Source: an uncultured virus (IMG/VR IMGVR_UViG_2788500220_000008) (lineage: Duplodnaviria; Heunggongvirae; Uroviricota; Caudoviricetes). Taken from it: DNA of 64,000 bases. Location: positions 1 through 64,000 of IMG/VR virus record IMGVR_UViG_2788500220_000008; one strand, written 5' to 3'. How positions within the stretch are numbered: the stretch's first letter is position 1; every line of letters starts with the position of its first letter. Under the pieces are notes generated by a model, which was not told where the DNA came from, did no database searches, and saw only the letters and a program-made list of their open reading frames with translations. Below, in pieces: positions 39,451 to 47,913 of the stretch. A program made the translations under genes and the position numbers.

Positions 39451-42400
39451 ATGGCCCTATCATCTACAATTAATTTATCAATAGATAATGATTTTGTCGT
39501 AGAGGCTTCTGGGCTCTATACCTATCAAGTTTACTACACCCAGAACAATGAATCTACTCTTGCTGGAGAATTCGACGCGTACGATAGCAATCTTTCCTTT
39601 GATATTTCTGGAGTGTATGGAGATATTTTTCTAGATGTCTACTTTGTTTCAGATGGAAGCGCATCGATTGTTTCCTCCAAAATGTTGTTTATCGATTATC
39701 CAGTGGAAGATATTTCCTCTCCGTATGTAGTAAGCGATTTTTCTATCCTAAATCCCGGCGGCGATAGCAATGATATTACGGTGGGCGGTACCATCTCCAA
39801 CCCCGCAGAATTTGAGAGTCCAGACGTTAAGATTTCTTGGGATACTCAATACCCCGAGGGGCATATTAATTTTGGAGACATAATCTCCACAGACTTTGAC
39901 TTGTCTTCAGATTATGGATTGGATGCGTTTTCTGTGAAGATTCTTGATAAAGATGGAGTTTACGTCCCAGATGAAGCTCTCAACTTTTCTTCCTCTCTTT
40001 CTTCAGACATTAATCTGACCTTAGATAAAATCCCTGTAACTGGATTCATTCCCATTACTGGTACGGAGTATATGTATGGGTATGTCGATGTTGAGACTGC
40101 GTTAACAGGAGTAATCGGATATACGACTGGAATTGTAGAGACGAAGGTAGTTGAGATTCAGGAGACAGGAGTTATTCAAGAGCTTGTTGGAATAACTGGA
40201 TACGAAGAAGAGTTAATTCCGGCTTATACAGGCCTGAAGCAAAAGTATAAAACAATAACGGGAACCTATTTGGACGGCTATACAACCGGAGAGCCTACAT
40301 ACAATTATATTACCAAATACATAGAAACCGGCATACTTCTCCCAGATCTTAGCTACCGACCTTCAGGGGTAATAGAGCATATTTCCGGCGCAAGGCTAAA
40401 TTACGAACAAGGGGCGGGGCAAGACCCCAATCTCGCCAATTATATCTCGGTTCTAAATAACGGTTATGGGGTTGGGCAAACCGTCTCCCTAGAGACTGGT
40501 AAAAATCTTTCCAGAATCTCATTTTACAAGTTAGCTGCAGACGATGACGATTACTTTGAAATAGACCTTTACATGACTGCTGGAGCCCCAGATAGTCAAG
40601 GTTCATTTAAGAATTTCAATCCAATATTTTACTCAGGAAGGCATAAGGCATCCATTTCTGAAGGCTGGAGACATATTCATTTGCCTGCGATTCGACCCCC
40701 GACAACAGGAAATGAAATTTCAGGGGTAATGGGCAAGGAAGATTACACCTTTTTTCTATTCAATAAATCTTCGGGAGAACTTAAAGTAGCGCAAAGCACA
40801 GGGATATCGAGCAATGAATCTATGCTGGAAAATGCCACCCTCGCAGGCTGGACGAATCCCTTAGGAGAGGTTGAGATTACTGGGTTAAACGCTTACCAAA
40901 GCCTAACCGACCTTGCATTTTCTATTGACTACGGAGCGATCCCGACCGAAACTATTGACGTAATAAATCCCGTTTCTGGACAGATTGTAACCGGATATGA
41001 GACGGGTTTCATTCCAGTCTATCATCACGAACCGATATATATAGAGCGCCCGCTAACTGGGGTTGAGACTATTTCCGGAGTTGTCGATTATCTCTATGGG
41101 ATAACTGGGTACGAAACTGTTTGTGATGAGACTGGAGTTGTTGGCACAGGAATTATCGATTTTTATATATCGCCTATTAACTTCTCAGTGCAACATGTCA
41201 CCGGGCATCTAACTGGGTGCCTTTCTGAGAGTACTATTGGTCTTAGCGGAATCACAGGCGAAATCAGTGGAGTTGTACAAGAAATCGTATCCATAACTGG
41301 ATATGAATCGGTGTTTAGCGGGATCGAGGTCAGTGGTATTAGCGGATACACTACGGGGGTTATATCGGAATTATTTGAGCTTGTAGATCTGAGCTACTCC
41401 TATGAGTCGCCAGTAGTAGAGACGGTAAATCTTGACACTATATACGGATATGACACAGGAAAGCTTTCTGAAGTTCCTTTAACTATGCAGTCTGGTATAG
41501 TTGCGATACAGGTACTTCCTACGGGAGAGCTCGTCCCTCAGTATATTACTTCTGGAATTGGGGAGCTTACTGGAATAGAAGCCTTATACGACCCTTTCGA
41601 CTATACAGGAATAATTCAAGAGGAAGGGTATACTGGCGTCCATTTTGAGAAGTATGGTTATTCAGGTTTGACTCCTACGGGGTATATCTCTGGATACACT
41701 GGATACATGGACATCTTTTCCGGTTATATTGTATCCGGAAACACAGGAATAACTTACGAGGAAAACGTTCCTGTTTATCTTTATCAAACAGAAGAAGTAG
41801 AAGATGGATTTGAAACTGGTTTTGTTGATGAATACATCCAATACAATCCCTTGCAAGGAGTAACCGGCTATATTACTGGAGTTACAGGCATATTAAATTC
41901 TGAAGTTGAGGTTACTGGGATAATTCCTTTGGTAGGGATAACTGGGACTGGACTAAAATCGACTCCATATGTGACGGGCATCGAGACAAGAGTAGTAGGT
42001 TACGAGACTGGAGTGACGGGATATTTCGAAAGCGGTCTTTCCAACGCTGAATTCCTCTCCTCCTACACATCTACATCTCTAGACATTTCCTACAACACTA
42101 ATTTAGAAATATTCGGGTATCCTAATAGAACCTTTGGAGTGGAAGTTACGCCCATAATGAACTCGGGGGTCTCCATCGATTCTGCTCCCGACCCTGCATC
42201 ATTTTACTTAGACAATAAAGTTCCCACTGTAACTTACTCAATTTTAGATGGAGAGCATAACAAGATGAACCTAAGTTTTCAGGTTCACAATGGAACTTCC
42301 TTAAAAATTTACAGAATGTTAGAGGAAAACTATATGCAATTCGCAGACCCCAGCGAATTTGAAACCGGATTAGGCTCAAGTCTGGTTGAATATATAGACG

Positions 42401-43989
42401 ACCCACTGGATTTGTTATCTGACCTCCAATACAAGCCCACGGGGAAGAAAGTAGACTTTAATGTAGATCCCAACCCCTCGAATCCTTACAGAGAATTTTA
42501 TTCTTTAGTTTTTGATGGTGGAATATCCCCTGCGAAATGGGAATTGCCTTACAACAAATTCGCCCTTACAAAACTTGTTCCGGAAGACGATTTTGGCACA
42601 GGCGTGCAAAATGGCATATATTACGACCAGTTATTGCCTAGATCCGTAGAATCATTTGCAAGCGGTGTGGTAAATCAGTTTTCTGGATATGTATATACTA
42701 CCGGAATGATTCCTCAATATTACGAGAGCGGGATTGGAAATGTGGTTAGTTTTCCGGCTTACGATCCAAGCTGGACAGGAGAAGGGCATGGGCCTCAAAT
42801 GACTCACCAAGTAGAAATACCACTTTACGACTATACCGGTCTGGGAGGCGAAACCGACCCCGTATATAGAGTTATTACTGGATACGAGACTGGAGAGGCT
42901 CTTTCATGGAGCTCGGGATATCAGCGTTACGAGAGTATTATAACGGGTTATGAGACAGGATTTATCCCCTCTGGCGTATATTCCCAAGTTTCGGGGCTCG
43001 CGCCAACAATGATTAACTCTGGGACTTACGTATCTAGATCAGACTTAGCTCCATTGAAGGTTGATGCGTCAATCGTCAGTACATCCTTTGAGGATTTAAA
43101 TAGCCAGAAGGATATGAGGTTCTCTTGGAGGGTTACGCAGGTCCCCCTTTCTCTTCAGTTAGATCAACTCTCTGGCGCGGGTGGATACGATGAAGATTTG
43201 AACGTACTAAACAGCCTGCACCTAAGGGGATTTACATATGGATTCTGGGACGCGGAAAAGTATTCTTCATATTCCGACTTNCTAGAAATGACATTAGTTT
43301 CTGGAGAGCATATAAGAAACTACTCAATCAAAGGTGAAATTGAAAAACAGACAACCCTTACCTACGCTCAAAATGTGCATTTCTTTCCGCCAAACGGCTC
43401 AAGAAAGGTGGGATTTTTTGTTCAACTAAAAGATACATTTGACGAACTCGTCGACCAAAATTTTTCGCTTGGGTATATCCAGCCACCTATNATTAGTGGT
43501 ATAACTGTAGATAATACAACACCTAGACAAATAACTTTCAATTACGATGTTGTCGATGAGCTTGAATACGCATATGAAGCTCCATATGNGGACCTCCTTA
43601 GCAGGGAGATGGGCTATCTCGACAAGGCAGACGCCGATATGGCATCTGATGGCGATCTCGATGTCCTTTCGAAGGTGAAGTCCGGGCAGGTTATCCGGAG
43701 TAAAGAAGATAAAATCTCAAATTTGAGAAAAATAGAACTTTACTCTGGAGTAGAGCCCGGATTTGCCGTCGGTAGCGGTTCTTTTGCGGGAAAGGTTGAT
43801 GGAGTTGCAAGTAACGCTACTGTTTACCCATACCTACCAAAGAAGACAAGAGAAAAGGACTATTATTATAAGTTTCTTACCTACGACCACTTTGGTAGTG
43901 GATATCTCTCCGACCCAGTTAAGGCGACGGTGGTCGGGACTAGAGCGCCCACGGGGATTAAGCCGTCAAATATTAAAATAGTGGAATAG
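39451..43989 (+). CDS. Large acidic virion protein with (S/T)G-rich repeats and FN3-like ends; probable distal continuation of the central fibre
   Basis: 1512 aa directly after gpJ. Dozens of ITGY/ETG/SGY motifs, plus two FN3-like endings (KLVPEDDFGTG; YYYKFLTYDHFGSG). Confidence 0.55.
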   Translation: MALSSTINLSIDNDFVVEASGLYTYQVYYTQNNESTLAGEFDAYDSNLSFDISGVYGDIFLDVYFVSDGSASIVSSKMLFIDYPVEDISSPYVVSDFSILNPGGDSNDITVGGTISNPAEFESPDVKISWDTQYPEGHINFGDIISTDFDLSSDYGLDAFSVKILDKDGVYVPDEALNFSSSLSSDINLTLDKIPVTGFIPITGTEYMYGYVDVETALTGVIGYTTGIVETKVVEIQETGVIQELVGITGYEEELIPAYTGLKQKYKTITGTYLDGYTTGEPTYNYITKYIETGILLPDLSYRPSGVIEHISGARLNYEQGAGQDPNLANYISVLNNGYGVGQTVSLETGKNLSRISFYKLAADDDDYFEIDLYMTAGAPDSQGSFKNFNPIFYSGRHKASISEGWRHIHLPAIRPPTTGNEISGVMGKEDYTFFLFNKSSGELKVAQSTGISSNESMLENATLAGWTNPLGEVEITGLNAYQSLTDLAFSIDYGAIPTETIDVINPVSGQIVTGYETGFIPVYHHEPIYIERPLTGVETISGVVDYLYGITGYETVCDETGVVGTGIIDFYISPINFSVQHVTGHLTGCLSESTIGLSGITGEISGVVQEIVSITGYESVFSGIEVSGISGYTTGVISELFELVDLSYSYESPVVETVNLDTIYGYDTGKLSEVPLTMQSGIVAIQVLPTGELVPQYITSGIGELTGIEALYDPFDYTGIIQEEGYTGVHFEKYGYSGLTPTGYISGYTGYMDIFSGYIVSGNTGITYEENVPVYLYQTEEVEDGFETGFVDEYIQYNPLQGVTGYITGVTGILNSEVEVTGIIPLVGITGTGLKSTPYVTGIETRVVGYETGVTGYFESGLSNAEFLSSYTSTSLDISYNTNLEIFGYPNRTFGVEVTPIMNSGVSIDSAPDPASFYLDNKVPTVTYSILDGEHNKMNLSFQVHNGTSLKIYRMLEENYMQFADPSEFETGLGSSLVEYIDDPLDLLSDLQYKPTGKKVDFNVDPNPSNPYREFYSLVFDGGISPAKWELPYNKFALTKLVPEDDFGTGVQNGIYYDQLLPRSVESFASGVVNQFSGYVYTTGMIPQYYESGIGNVVSFPAYDPSWTGEGHGPQMTHQVEIPLYDYTGLGGETDPVYRVITGYETGEALSWSSGYQRYESIITGYETGFIPSGVYSQVSGLAPTMINSGTYVSRSDLAPLKVDASIVSTSFEDLNSQKDMRFSWRVTQVPLSLQLDQLSGAGGYDEDLNVLNSLHLRGFTYGFWDAEKYSSYSDXLEMTLVSGEHIRNYSIKGEIEKQTTLTYAQNVHFFPPNGSRKVGFFVQLKDTFDELVDQNFSLGYIQPPXISGITVDNTTPRQITFNYDVVDELEYAYEAPYXDLLSREMGYLDKADADMASDGDLDVLSKVKSGQVIRSKEDKISNLRKIELYSGVEPGFAVGSGSFAGKVDGVASNATVYPYLPKKTREKDYYYKFLTYDHFGSGYLSDPVKATVVGTRAPTGIKPSNIKIVE

Positions 43990-43991
43990 GC

Positions 43992-44909
43992 ATGTCTACG
44001 ATAATAACAGGGTCAGATGGCTTCGAATTCGAAGAGGCGATTATACAATTCGAAGGCGACGAAAATTTCGACTTCTACAGCGTAGAAGTAAGAGAAGAAT
44101 GTCGATGCTGGGCGCCATACTCTTTTGTGATCGCAGGAACAGAACCTTCATTCCGGTTTCCAATTAAGAATACAGGCGAACACCTCATTACTTTAAGTGG
44201 CTACATTGCTGATGGACAAGTTTTCTCAGAGCAAGTTCAGTTAAGGTTTTCCGGCCGGGAAAGCGATATAAATGTTCTCCATAAAGACTTAAGGGTGGGA
44301 GGCGATTTATACATTGATGGCGAAATACTTTCTAGCCTAGTGCTCGGAAAAGATGGAGATCTTGATGTTANAGGCACCTCCCTGCTTAACGATCTAAAAG
44401 TTACTGACCTAGTCGTAACTGGCTCGCTTACGTCTTCTGGGNCAACTACAACCAATGACTTAGTGGTATCCGGCCAGACGCTAATAACTGAAAATCTTAT
44501 GGTATCTGGGCTTACTACATTAAGCGGTATTAGTGTTATTGATGGGGTTATGGGCGACTTGAGTGTCCAAGGGAATTTAGATGTATCGGGAGAGTCNACA
44601 ATGCATGGCCTGATAGTTTCCAACAATCTAGATACATACGGCAATCTAATGGTTACGCAGGAAACTTCCCTCCACAGCTTAAACGTCTCTCAAAGCGCCA
44701 ATATAGAAAACAACACCACTATTGGCGGCAACTTATCGGTCACAGGAGATATATCGTTCTTTGGAGATATGTGGGTGGACGGACAATCTGTTCCGGATTA
44801 TATAAATCAACAAGTCCAAAACGCTAATACTGCAGCTGATCAGGTNACCCCAGCAGAAATAGAAGCCTCCAAAAGAGAAGCTATTAAATATGGTATAATA
44901 TTCGGATAA
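43992..44909 (+). CDS. Beta-helix-like tail fibre/spike protein
   Basis: Repeating GDLxVxG/GNLxVxG units; the C-terminus KREAIKYGIIFG resembles the ends of small phage fibre proteins. Confidence 0.6.
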   Translation: MSTIITGSDGFEFEEAIIQFEGDENFDFYSVEVREECRCWAPYSFVIAGTEPSFRFPIKNTGEHLITLSGYIADGQVFSEQVQLRFSGRESDINVLHKDLRVGGDLYIDGEILSSLVLGKDGDLDVXGTSLLNDLKVTDLVVTGSLTSSGXTTTNDLVVSGQTLITENLMVSGLTTLSGISVIDGVMGDLSVQGNLDVSGEXTMHGLIVSNNLDTYGNLMVTQETSLHSLNVSQSANIENNTTIGGNLSVTGDISFFGDMWVDGQSVPDYINQQVQNANTAADQXTPAEIEASKREAIKYGIIFG

Positions 44910-44910
44910 G

Positions 44911-44925
44911 GTGTAGTATAATATA
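44911..44925 (+). promoter_or_regulatory. Putative phage late promoter (GTGTA + AT-rich)
   Basis: GTGTAGTATAATATA in a 28-bp intergenic gap, 12 nt before ATG 44938. Confidence 0.6.
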
Positions 44926-44937
44926 GGAACAAGGAAT

Positions 44938-45243
44938 ATGATACAGAATACGGTAATTGAGCAAGATTTTACGGCCATTATATCTGGGGACGCTTCATCT
45001 GCAAGCGTTGGATTGTATTTTTGTAATGCAACTCTTTCGCCTGATTCATTAACCTTGTATGCCATGCCTAGCGGGGCTCCGCACGACGACAGCAATACGA
45101 TAATAAAGAACCTCCCGATCCAGCCTGAAGATACTTTTTATTTCGGAGATGAAAAGTTTATTCTGAGCAAGGGGGATGCGATAGGGGCCACCGCTCTTGT
45201 GGGTGGGAGGATTACGGCCACGGTCACATCAATTGAGATTTAA
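44938..45243 (+). CDS. Small virion structural protein (beta-sandwich)
   Basis: 101 aa; pattern LYFCN..IIKNLPI.PEDT..EKFILSKGD.I..TVTSIEI, of a kind seen in small structural proteins of aquatic phages. Preceded by a GTGTA motif. Confidence 0.6.
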   Translation: MIQNTVIEQDFTAIISGDASSASVGLYFCNATLSPDSLTLYAMPSGAPHDDSNTIIKNLPIQPEDTFYFGDEKFILSKGDAIGATALVGGRITATVTSIEI

Positions 45244-45247
45244 TTGA

Positions 45248-45709
45248 ATGCCTTCATTCATCCAGAAGTACTCTAGTACTCCGAGCACCGGAGAAACCGT
45301 ACTAACATACGGAGATCAGGAAATACTCGGAGACAAAACCTTTTATGGTCAAACCCGAATCTCCGGNAGTCTTTATATTGATGATGAGGCTGTCGCATCT
45401 GTCCCTGATCTAGCGTTGGTTAGTGGATATATAGATGCTCGATTGCAAACTGTAGAATCGGACCCAAGGGAAGAGCTTACTACTATGGTTATCCCTTCTG
45501 GCGCAGATGGCGCGGAAATATTGTTTGCAGAGGTCTATGACACACCTCCCACTGTCTTTGTTAGCTTTAGATCTAACATGGCAGCTTCCACACAATTTTA
45601 CGCAACAAACGTTTTCGATGTCACAACTTCAGGCTTCGGTGTATTGTTTAGTAGTGATGTTCAAGAAGAAGGTCACCATTTAGACATCTCGATCAAGAAC
45701 CTGAACTAA
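45248..45709 (+). CDS. Small fibre-associated protein with H-type-lectin/gp53-like C-terminal domain
   Basis: GDQEILGDKTF fibre motif; C-terminal IPSG..ILFAEVYDTPPTVFVS..VTTSGFGVLFS. Confidence 0.5.
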   Translation: MPSFIQKYSSTPSTGETVLTYGDQEILGDKTFYGQTRISXSLYIDDEAVASVPDLALVSGYIDARLQTVESDPREELTTMVIPSGADGAEILFAEVYDTPPTVFVSFRSNMAASTQFYATNVFDVTTSGFGVLFSSDVQEEGHHLDISIKNLN

Positions 45710-46828
45710 GTGAATGTAGCCATAACAATAGACAATTCCTATTCCTTATTTGCGAATGGGCTGAATCAGAACATTCTATTTCTCTATTGGCTTATTAGGG
45801 ATTTAGGATATAACCCCTTTCTTGTCGACGTGGGGAACCCCGATGAGGATCCAGAGTTTGGGGTTAGGTATTTGGATAAGGGCGCAAGAATAATCGGGTT
45901 ACAAGAGTTTCTTGCAGAGACCACCTCTACAGATATTCTGCTCATGCCCGGCGCAGCCCTTCTTGACGAGCATATATCTTTATTAAAAAAGAGAAACAAG
46001 AAAATGAAATCCGTTGTAATTCACTACGGAAATCTGTTTTTTGATGACTTGCAAAAAATCGTTTTCACTCTTGGCGCTGGGCAGCAAGACGACAACTCGG
46101 TTACTTACTATGAAAGCAACATGGANGAGATTTGGCTTTCTCCTCACTATCAGTTCTCTTCCTCTTATTATGAATTAATGCATAGGACGAGAGTTAAGGA
46201 GGTCCCTTACATCTGGAACCCCGCAGTTATCGATAAAGTTCGCGAGAAAAGAGACATGGCCTATCGTCCCAACTCTTCCCTCAAGGTCATTGGGGTAACT
46301 GAGCCAAATATAAATTTTTCAAAAAATTGCTATACAGCCATCTGTGTTCTAGAAAAACATTACAGATCTTATGAAAATAAATTCGATAAAGCCCTGATAT
46401 ACGGCGCAGAATGGCTAGCGAACAGAGACCTTTTTTCTCAGCATATCGTGCGAAACTTTGACCTCCCTCATGAAAAGGACAAAATTTTCTTCCTCAAAAG
46501 GTTTCCGCCTGACGAAATGTTCATTGATGATGAGGTTAACTTAATTCTCTCCCATCAACACTACAACGGGTTGAACTATGGTCATATGGAAGCTCTATAC
46601 CTAAACTACCCACTGGTCCATAACTCTCCAGAGATATCGGATGCGGGGTATTATTATGATTTATTTGATATTAACGCCGGCGCCAAAGCCTTGGATGAAG
46701 CATTATCCTCTCACGACTCCTCTTTGAATGAGCATGCGGATAAGGCAGGGTATGCACTGGGTAGATATAGCCCCAAAAACCCAGAAGTGCAGGGCCAATA
46801 CGTTAGCCTTCTAGAGGGCCTGAGATGA
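45710..46828 (+). CDS. DUF2827-like putative glycosyltransferase, copy 1
   Basis: NGLNQNILFL, IWLSPH, VPYIW, EPNINFSKN, LSHQHYNGLNY..EALYLNYPLVHNS..DAGYYYDLFD match the DUF2827 pattern as I recall it. GTG start right after the upstream stop. Confidence 0.7.
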   Translation: MNVAITIDNSYSLFANGLNQNILFLYWLIRDLGYNPFLVDVGNPDEDPEFGVRYLDKGARIIGLQEFLAETTSTDILLMPGAALLDEHISLLKKRNKKMKSVVIHYGNLFFDDLQKIVFTLGAGQQDDNSVTYYESNMXEIWLSPHYQFSSSYYELMHRTRVKEVPYIWNPAVIDKVREKRDMAYRPNSSLKVIGVTEPNINFSKNCYTAICVLEKHYRSYENKFDKALIYGAEWLANRDLFSQHIVRNFDLPHEKDKIFFLKRFPPDEMFIDDEVNLILSHQHYNGLNYGHMEALYLNYPLVHNSPEISDAGYYYDLFDINAGAKALDEALSSHDSSLNEHADKAGYALGRYSPKNPEVQGQYVSLLEGLR

Positions 46829-47913
46829 ACATTGGTCTCGTAACTAATTTAAAGAAAAGCGTATGGGGAAGCGGGGTTTTCCAGAACGCATTTTTCCTAT
46901 ACGATGCTTTAGAGAAGGCCGGGTTTAATTGTCGCTTTTTGTCTCTGGAACGCCCAGAGAAAAGAATCCCCAGAGAGTATAAGATGACCTCCTTGACTAA
47001 GGGCATGAATGGTGAGTACGATCTAGTTATTATGATCGGGGAGCCTCTAAAAGAATCGGAGATTAAAAGGTTTTTCAAGCAAAACTCTCGGTGTAAAATT
47101 GTATTGCTTCAGCTCCTGAATAAATACAATGAGCACGTATTCCATTCCCTGCATAAAAGTCAAACCCTGCCAGAAGAGGTTTCCTGCCTTACTCACGAAA
47201 TCTGGACCTCTCCTCATTATGCCCAATTCATCCCGTACCTAGAAAACATATATGGCTGCGACATCCCGGTTAAAATATGTCCATACATTTGGGACAGTAG
47301 GTTTTTGAGCGAAGAGGTTTCCAAGCTAGATAAGAAAGAAGTTACCCCTAGATTTAAGCCGGAAAACCAAAAAAGAATATGCATCCTAGAGCCCAATGTT
47401 AATATAAGCAAAGCGTGCCTCCTTCCTCTTTTGACGTGCGAAAAACTTTACAGGGAAGACCCCTCTATGATAGATTGTGTCTCCATATTTTGTGCGTCCA
47501 CGATAAAAGGTAATAGCTACTTTATAAATTTAATTAAAAACTTTTCCTTAGTAAAGGATGATCGAGTATTTTTCAATAGAAGATGGAATACCCCATATGC
47601 ACTAGGAACATTCGGAGGGACTATCGTTTCTCATCAAAACCTTAACGATCTCAATTATGTTTACCTAGAAGCACTGCATTTGGGCGTTCCGCTTATACAT
47701 AACTCTGAGCTTTTATCCGATCAAGGTTATTATTATCCAGAGTTTGACGTGGATGCAGCAGCTAAAGCGCTTCAAGATTCGATTTTAAATCACTCGACAA
47801 ATACGGAGGTTCATTGGGGTAGGGCTACGCACGCCTTCCACAAATTTAGTGTTTTCAATGAACTTAACGTAACAAAATACAAACAATTAGTAGAAGATCT
47901 ATGCAATGAATAA
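46825..47913 (+). CDS. DUF2827-like putative glycosyltransferase, copy 2
   Basis: Clear paralog of 45710-46828: GVFQNAFFL, IWTSPH, CPYIW, EPNVNISK, VSHQNLNDLNYVYLEALHLGVPLIHNS..QGYYYPEFD. Confidence 0.7.
   Translation: MNIGLVTNLKKSVWGSGVFQNAFFLYDALEKAGFNCRFLSLERPEKRIPREYKMTSLTKGMNGEYDLVIMIGEPLKESEIKRFFKQNSRCKIVLLQLLNKYNEHVFHSLHKSQTLPEEVSCLTHEIWTSPHYAQFIPYLENIYGCDIPVKICPYIWDSRFLSEEVSKLDKKEVTPRFKPENQKRICILEPNVNISKACLLPLLTCEKLYREDPSMIDCVSIFCASTIKGNSYFINLIKNFSLVKDDRVFFNRRWNTPYALGTFGGTIVSHQNLNDLNYVYLEALHLGVPLIHNSELLSDQGYYYPEFDVDAAAKALQDSILNHSTNTEVHWGRATHAFHKFSVFNELNVTKYKQLVEDLCNE

Noticed and set aside
15012..45709. Contractile tail (myovirus) or tailocin/eCIS
   Set aside because: No sheath, baseplate wedge or VgrG/PAAR-like gene recognised; the tip is lambda M-L-K-I-J type, and a full capsid and packaging module is present.
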